Shown here one piece after another: positions 35,580 through 40,536 of a stretch of 40,536 bases of DNA (its first letter is position 1; each line of letters starts with the position of its first letter). Origin of the DNA: an uncultured Lachnospiraceae bacterium (lineage in GTDB: Bacteria > Bacillota > Clostridia > Lachnospirales > Lachnospiraceae). The translations under genes and the position numbers were made by a program. Where the stretch lies: NCBI GenBank assembly GCA_944382505.1, contig CALWNA010000146.1, positions 1-40,536 of the forward strand. Reading direction: 5' to 3'. The notes beneath the pieces are model-generated. The model was not told the DNA's origin. It worked only from the letters and a program-made list of their open reading frames with translations, and did not search any database.

Positions 35580-37007
35580 TTATTTTTTGAATTTTTTGAG
35601 GGAAAATACAAATTCAGTTCCAACGCCCTCGGTACTGATTACGTCAATGGTTTCATTGTGTGCCATTATGATTTCTTTTACAATGGCAAGGCCGATTCCC
35701 GAACCGGTTTTATCTCTCCCCCGGGAAATATCCGTTTTATAAAATCTCTGCCATATTTTGTCAATGCTTCCGTTTGGAATACCTATACCAAAATCTTTCA
35801 CAGAACAATATTGTTTATCGCCTTTGTTGTAAAGCTTAATAATAATTTTGGAAGAAGGATTGCTGAATTTTATTGCATTATCCAACAGATTATAAAGTAC
35901 CTGTTCAATCTTTCCTTTATCGGCATAAACATTATAATGTTTGGAAGGGAACTGGATAATCAGTTCAATATGTTTTTTTTCACAGCTTCCCTGGAAAGTT
36001 TCTACAGTGGAGGCAATGACATTCTCCATATTAAACTCTTCCAGGATTAACTCCGGTCCGGTGCTGTTCCAACTGTTTAATTCCCGCAATCCGGTGGTAA
36101 GTTTTTCCAGTCGGTTTGCTTCAGATAATACGATAGAAAGATATTTATTATGCTCTTCCGGTGGAATTGTTCCATCCATCATTGCCTCCAAATAACCTTT
36201 AATGGAGGTCAATGGCGAGCGGAAGTCATGAGAGATATTGGAGATAAATTCTTTCTGATATGCTCTTGAGTTGTTTAACTGCTTGGACATATATTTCAGA
36301 GAACTTGCAACATCTCCGATTTCATCATCGTTTGCAACCTTCAGTCCTTCATATTCAAAATTTCCCTTTGCATATTCCATGGCTGCAAGGCGTATCTGTT
36401 TCAGCGGCATATAAATTACCCACATAAAGTTAAAGAAAATAATCAGTGACAAAGCAAGAATAATGGCATAAGTAAGGTAGAAAATAAAAGTTACATTATA
36501 ACTGCTCTGCTTAATGAGGGATGTAGGCATATGAGAAACTACATATCCAATAACAGTATTATCGTCATCATTTATGGCATGAAGGACGCTTAATGTGTCT
36601 GTATTATAGATATTATAAAATTTATTTATTTTATAATGCTCTTTTGCGTATTCATCGGGATTGAAATCTTTAATCACAATGTTTGATGTATTCTCATTTA
36701 CGGCAGTCGTCTGATCCGTGGAGAAAATCAGCTCATTTTCCACGTTTAATATCAGTATGTCGCAATTGAGAACATCATTAAAATCATTCAAAAACAATTT
36801 AAAATTGTCAATGTCTTCCACAGAAGATTCTGCCACGGCACCAATATTGTCGGCGACAATGGCAGAATATTTATATAGTTCATTTACTTTTTCCCCAAGT
36901 AAATGATTATAAATAAGGTTCGTGGACCAATAAGAGATTAGTAAGAATCCCAAAACTGCAAAAGAAAAATATCCTATAAAAAATTTAGTGAGAATAGAAT
37001 TTTTCAT
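35580..37007 (-). CDS. Membrane sensor histidine kinase (2 TM, HAMP, HisKA, HATPase)
   Basis: DEIGDVA HAMP, SHDFRSPLTSIKG H-box, NLLDNAIKF, DFGIGI, GSGIGLAI. Confidence 0.95.
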   Translation of the reverse strand: MKNSILTKFFIGYFSFAVLGFLLISYWSTNLIYNHLLGEKVNELYKYSAIVADNIGAVAESSVEDIDNFKLFLNDFNDVLNCDILILNVENELIFSTDQTTAVNENTSNIVIKDFNPDEYAKEHYKINKFYNIYNTDTLSVLHAINDDDNTVIGYVVSHMPTSLIKQSSYNVTFIFYLTYAIILALSLIIFFNFMWVIYMPLKQIRLAAMEYAKGNFEYEGLKVANDDEIGDVASSLKYMSKQLNNSRAYQKEFISNISHDFRSPLTSIKGYLEAMMDGTIPPEEHNKYLSIVLSEANRLEKLTTGLRELNSWNSTGPELILEEFNMENVIASTVETFQGSCEKKHIELIIQFPSKHYNVYADKGKIEQVLYNLLDNAIKFSNPSSKIIIKLYNKGDKQYCSVKDFGIGIPNGSIDKIWQRFYKTDISRGRDKTGSGIGLAIVKEIIMAHNETIDVISTEGVGTEFVFSLKKFKK

Positions 37008-37018
37008 TGTTACTTCTT

Positions 37019-37726
37019 TTAACCTTTATTACGAACTTCAAATCTGTAACCAACACTCCAGACAGTACCAATGGACCATTCATCCGTATCGGCTATTTTT
37101 TCACGAATTCTTTTGATATGAACATCCACGGTTCTCGTATCACCGGCATATTCATAGCCCCAGATGTGGTCAAGAAGTTGTTCTCTTGTAAACACCTGGT
37201 TTGGAGAAGATGCAAGAAAATATAAAAGTTCAATTTCTCTTGGAGTCATTTCCACCGGCTTGCCCTTGTAAATAACCTCATAATTGGAAAGGTTGATAAT
37301 AAGATCTTTGTAAGCGACTCTTTTTTCGGCAGGCTTTGTTGAAGGAGTGGAAACATCCGTGTAACGTCTGAGAACTGCTTTTACCCTTGCCACAAGCTCT
37401 TTGGAGTCAAAAGGCTTAATCATATAATCATCAGCGCCCAATTCCAGACCTAAAACCTTGTCGAACACTTCTGTTTTTGCAGAAAGCATAATAATAGGAG
37501 TCTTTGATGTTTTTCTGATTTCACGGCACACTTCATATCCGTCAATGCCCGGGAGCATAAGGTCCAATAAAACCAAATCGGGCTGGTACTCCTTAAACGC
37601 ATCCAAGGCTGCCTGTCCATCATGCTCAATACGTGTCTCAAAGCATTCTTTTGTTAAGTAAAGTGAAATCAAGTTTGCAATGTTTTCGTCGTCGTCAACA
37701 ATTAAAATTTTCTGTTTGCTTGCCAT
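37019..37726 (-). CDS. OmpR/PhoB-family response regulator (WalR/ResD-like)
   Basis: ILIVDDD, LLDLMLP, GADDYMIKPF, IWGYEYAGDTRTVDVHIKRIREKI. GGAGG RBS before ATG 37726. Confidence 0.95.
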   Translation of the reverse strand: MASKQKILIVDDDENIANLISLYLTKECFETRIEHDGQAALDAFKEYQPDLVLLDLMLPGIDGYEVCREIRKTSKTPIIMLSAKTEVFDKVLGLELGADDYMIKPFDSKELVARVKAVLRRYTDVSTPSTKPAEKRVAYKDLIINLSNYEVIYKGKPVEMTPREIELLYFLASSPNQVFTREQLLDHIWGYEYAGDTRTVDVHIKRIREKIADTDEWSIGTVWSVGYRFEVRNKG

Positions 37727-37769
37727 TTTAATATCCTCCAAGGTATTTGTTATATTATTTTTATAGTTT

Positions 37770-37796
37770 ACAGATGTGATAAGACATCACATCTGT
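37770..37796. repeat. Perfect 11-bp inverted repeat upstream of the response regulator
   Basis: ACAGATGTGAT-aagac-ATCACATCTGT. Confidence 0.8.
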
Positions 37797-37912
37797 CCAT
37801 TTTTTGACAATTATATTCTAAATAAATTATGTGAATATAATTGAAAGTTTTTGTTAAAAATCAATCTGCCGGCAGGCAAAGTTATGCCTTAAAGTTTAGG
37901 AAAGATAAATAA

Positions 37913-40282
37913 TTATTTAAATTCTACAACGGTAGCGCCGGCGCCGCCTTCTCCCTGTTCTCCGTTTCGGAAAGACTTGACATAACTACATTTCTTCAGG
38001 TAATCCTGCACAGCCTTTCTTAAGGTTCCGGTTCCTTTTCCGTGAATTATATAAACTTGCGGAAGTCTGGCGATATAGGCATCATCCAAATATTTTTCAA
38101 GCTCCGCCAAAGCCTCATCCACGGTTTTACCAATCAGGTTCAGCTCCATTTTCACGGTGAGAGATTTGTTCATTTTTATTTTGCCGCTGCCTGTGCGGTT
38201 TAGCCCCGGAGCTTTAATGTCCGGCTCGTCAATAATTTCCAGGTCTTTGATATTGACCTTTGAATTTAAGATTCCCATTTTCACAGTCAGATTGCCGTCT
38301 GCATTTGGAAGTGATGCCACTGTTCCGTTTAAATTCAGACTCAACACCCTGACGCCGGTTCCCAATTTAAAATCGGAAGGTTTATACTGTTTTTTCGGCG
38401 CCGATGCTTTCACACCGCCGGACTGGTTCTTCTTGATTTGCGCACCCACCTTGCTTCTGGATTTCTCCATTTCCCGGGTATTTCCGGATTTTCTGTATTT
38501 ATTAATGTTTTTAATAGCTTCATCAGCAGTTTCCTTAGCTTCTTTCAGTATATCAAGAGCTTCTTCCCGGGCTTTATTAAGAATTTTATCACGTTGTTCA
38601 TGAAGTTTTTCTGTCTTAATCTCATAATCTCGTTTCAGAGATTGAATTTGGGATTTATATACAGCAATCGTTTCCTGATCTTTTTCTATCTGTATCCGCT
38701 GACGCTCAATTTCGGAAAGCACATCCTCAAATTGTTTATTTTCTTTGTCAATGCGGGAACGGGCATCTTCGATAATATATTCAGGAAGACCTAATTTCCC
38801 GGAAATGGCAAAGGCGTTACTTTTACCGGGGAGACCGATTAAAAGCCTATAGGTAGGTCTCAAGGTTTGCACATCAAATTCACAGCTTGCATTTTGCACT
38901 CCGTCTGTCGACAGCGCATATAGCTTTAATTCGCTGTAATGTGTTGTTGCCATAATTCTTGCACCTACGTTTTTCAGGAAAGATAGTATGGAAATTCCTA
39001 GAGCAGCGCCCTCCACAGGGTCGGTGCCTGCACCAAGTTCATCAAAAAGCACAAGAGAATCATTGTCTGCCTGGTTTAATATGTTAACAGTATTGACCAT
39101 ATGGGCAGAAAATGTACTGAGGCTTTGTTCAATACTCTGTTCATCTCCAATGTCTGCAAAAACTTCTTTAAATACAGCCAGCCGGCTTCCTTCAAAGGCG
39201 GGAATGTGCAGTCCGGACTGCCCCATCAGGGTAAGAAGCCCCACGGTCTTTAATGAAACGGTTTTACCGCCGGTGTTGGGACCGGTTACAATCAGAAGGG
39301 TAAAATCTTTTCCCAGGGTAACGTCAATGGGTACAACATTTTTTGCATCCAAAAGCGGATGACGACCTTTCTTGATATGAATCTGTCCGAGATTGTTAAA
39401 TTCCGGCATGGACGCTTTCATGTCTTTGGCAAGAGACGCCTTGGCAAAGATAAAATCAAGACGTGCCAGAATATCCATGTCTGTTTTTAATTCCAAAACA
39501 TGTTCTGCACATGCTACACTTAAATTGGCAAGAATTATTTGAATTTCATCTGCTTCTTTCCCCGTCAGTTCACGAAGTTTATTATTTAGTTCCACAACTG
39601 CGGAAGGTTCCACAAAAAGTGTAGAACCGGAGGAAGACTGATCGTGGATAATCCCCGGTACATTGTTTCGGTATTCCTGCTTTACGGGAACGCAGTACCT
39701 GCCATCCCGCATGGTAATTAAAGCATCCTGTAAATATGTTTTTCCGGATTGTGACGTAATCAGTGAATTTAACTGACTGTGAACCCGTTCATTTGTCAGC
39801 TTCATCTGTCTTCTGATATTTTTCAGATTGGCGGATGCATCATCGGCAATTTCATCTTCAGAAATAATGCATCTGTCAATATCATTCTTTAAATTGGTTA
39901 AAGGTGCAATCGTCTCGAACATTTCAGACAGACTGTCTCTTGAGTCATCGTCATTTTCTGTTCTGGAAAAGGTTTTAATTCGGATGGCAACACTTAAAAG
40001 GGAACTGATTTTAAGAAATTCCCCTGTGCCGAGGGTACTGCCAATCTCAAGACGTTTCAAGGATTCTCCAATATCATAAATTCCCGAAAATGACACGCTG
40101 CCTTTTTGCCATATTCTTTTTAGGGCGTCGCCGGTTTGCTGCTGATTTTTTTTTATTTTATCCAGATTCGAAGAAGGTTCCAGTTTTTCGCATATTTTCC
40201 TCCCGGGATCGGAGCCTGCATGGTCTGCCAGCATTTCTGTTATTTTATAAAATTCAAGTGTTTTCAGCACTTTTTTGTTCAT
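37913..40282 (-). CDS. mutS2: MutS2 (endonuclease / ribosome collision factor) with C-terminal Smr domain
   Basis: GIIHDQSSSGSTLFVEP, TGPNTGGKT, DIGDEQSIEQSLSTFS, DELGAGTDP, IIHGKGTG. Confidence 0.97.
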   Translation of the reverse strand: MNKKVLKTLEFYKITEMLADHAGSDPGRKICEKLEPSSNLDKIKKNQQQTGDALKRIWQKGSVSFSGIYDIGESLKRLEIGSTLGTGEFLKISSLLSVAIRIKTFSRTENDDDSRDSLSEMFETIAPLTNLKNDIDRCIISEDEIADDASANLKNIRRQMKLTNERVHSQLNSLITSQSGKTYLQDALITMRDGRYCVPVKQEYRNNVPGIIHDQSSSGSTLFVEPSAVVELNNKLRELTGKEADEIQIILANLSVACAEHVLELKTDMDILARLDFIFAKASLAKDMKASMPEFNNLGQIHIKKGRHPLLDAKNVVPIDVTLGKDFTLLIVTGPNTGGKTVSLKTVGLLTLMGQSGLHIPAFEGSRLAVFKEVFADIGDEQSIEQSLSTFSAHMVNTVNILNQADNDSLVLFDELGAGTDPVEGAALGISILSFLKNVGARIMATTHYSELKLYALSTDGVQNASCEFDVQTLRPTYRLLIGLPGKSNAFAISGKLGLPEYIIEDARSRIDKENKQFEDVLSEIERQRIQIEKDQETIAVYKSQIQSLKRDYEIKTEKLHEQRDKILNKAREEALDILKEAKETADEAIKNINKYRKSGNTREMEKSRSKVGAQIKKNQSGGVKASAPKKQYKPSDFKLGTGVRVLSLNLNGTVASLPNADGNLTVKMGILNSKVNIKDLEIIDEPDIKAPGLNRTGSGKIKMNKSLTVKMELNLIGKTVDEALAELEKYLDDAYIARLPQVYIIHGKGTGTLRKAVQDYLKKCSYVKSFRNGEQGEGGAGATVVEFK

Positions 40283-40482
40283 ATTTAAGTCTCCCGTTAC
40301 GATATATTTTTTCGCATAAAAAGTATATGCGCCATATTTCCAATTCTTGTATTTACGTACATTATCAATTATAATAAAGATTAACTGTAAGGTAAAGGGA
40401 AAAGATTTTAAGAAGTCTGAACAAATTAAGAGAAATATAAAAAATGGGATGAAATTATTAAGAAAATCAGAAAGAGGATGTT

Positions 40483-40536
40483 ATGAAATTTATAGAGACA
40501 CGTAGAGAAGACGAAAAAATACAGGAAATATATTCG
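40483..40536 (+). CDS. 5' fragment of a CDS running off the window (MKFIETRREDEKIQEIYS...)
   Basis: AGAGGA RBS then ATG 40483, open to the window end; product unknown. Confidence 0.55.
   Translation, partial: MKFIETRREDEKIQEIYS

Noticed and set aside
37933-37946. GCGCCGGCGC palindrome resembling a RacA ram site
   Set aside because: Single copy, explained by the Gly-Ala-Gly-Ala codons of the MutS2 Smr motif, and the flanks do not match the ram consensus.
1-40536. CRISPR array, tRNA/rRNA, riboswitch or IS element
   Set aside because: No regularly spaced repeats, recognisable RNA gene or transposase ORF was seen by eye. An Infernal/Rfam scan would be needed to exclude small RNAs.

Overview
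AT-rich Firmicute chromosomal window, most consistent with Clostridia/Lachnospiraceae from gene content and order. Bases 1-25253 hold a large cell-wall glycopolymer locus. It has seven CDP-glycerol:glycerophosphotransferase (TagB/TagF-family) genes in four architectures, including a 930-codon minus-strand gene at 1-2792 that the ORF track missed. It also has tagD, a TagG/TagH-type ABC exporter, a WcaJ/CpsE-type priming phosphoglycosyl transferase with an AmsE/WbbD-like GT2 (no tagO/tagA in the window), glf, an O-acyltransferase and an LCP ligase co-oriented with murG. The rest is mostly housekeeping: TSCPD protein, mtnN, pgi, gdpP-rplI-dnaB, a RacA-like MerR protein, ferredoxin, an OmpR-family two-component system and mutS2. 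It is interrupted by a divergent pair: an XRE/S24-type regulator and a Spo0A paralog whose receiver domain has a clean ~70-aa internal deletion removing the phosphoacceptor Asp. I saw no rRNA, tRNA, CRISPR array or mobile element. All assignments come from motif recognition by eye; no searches were run.
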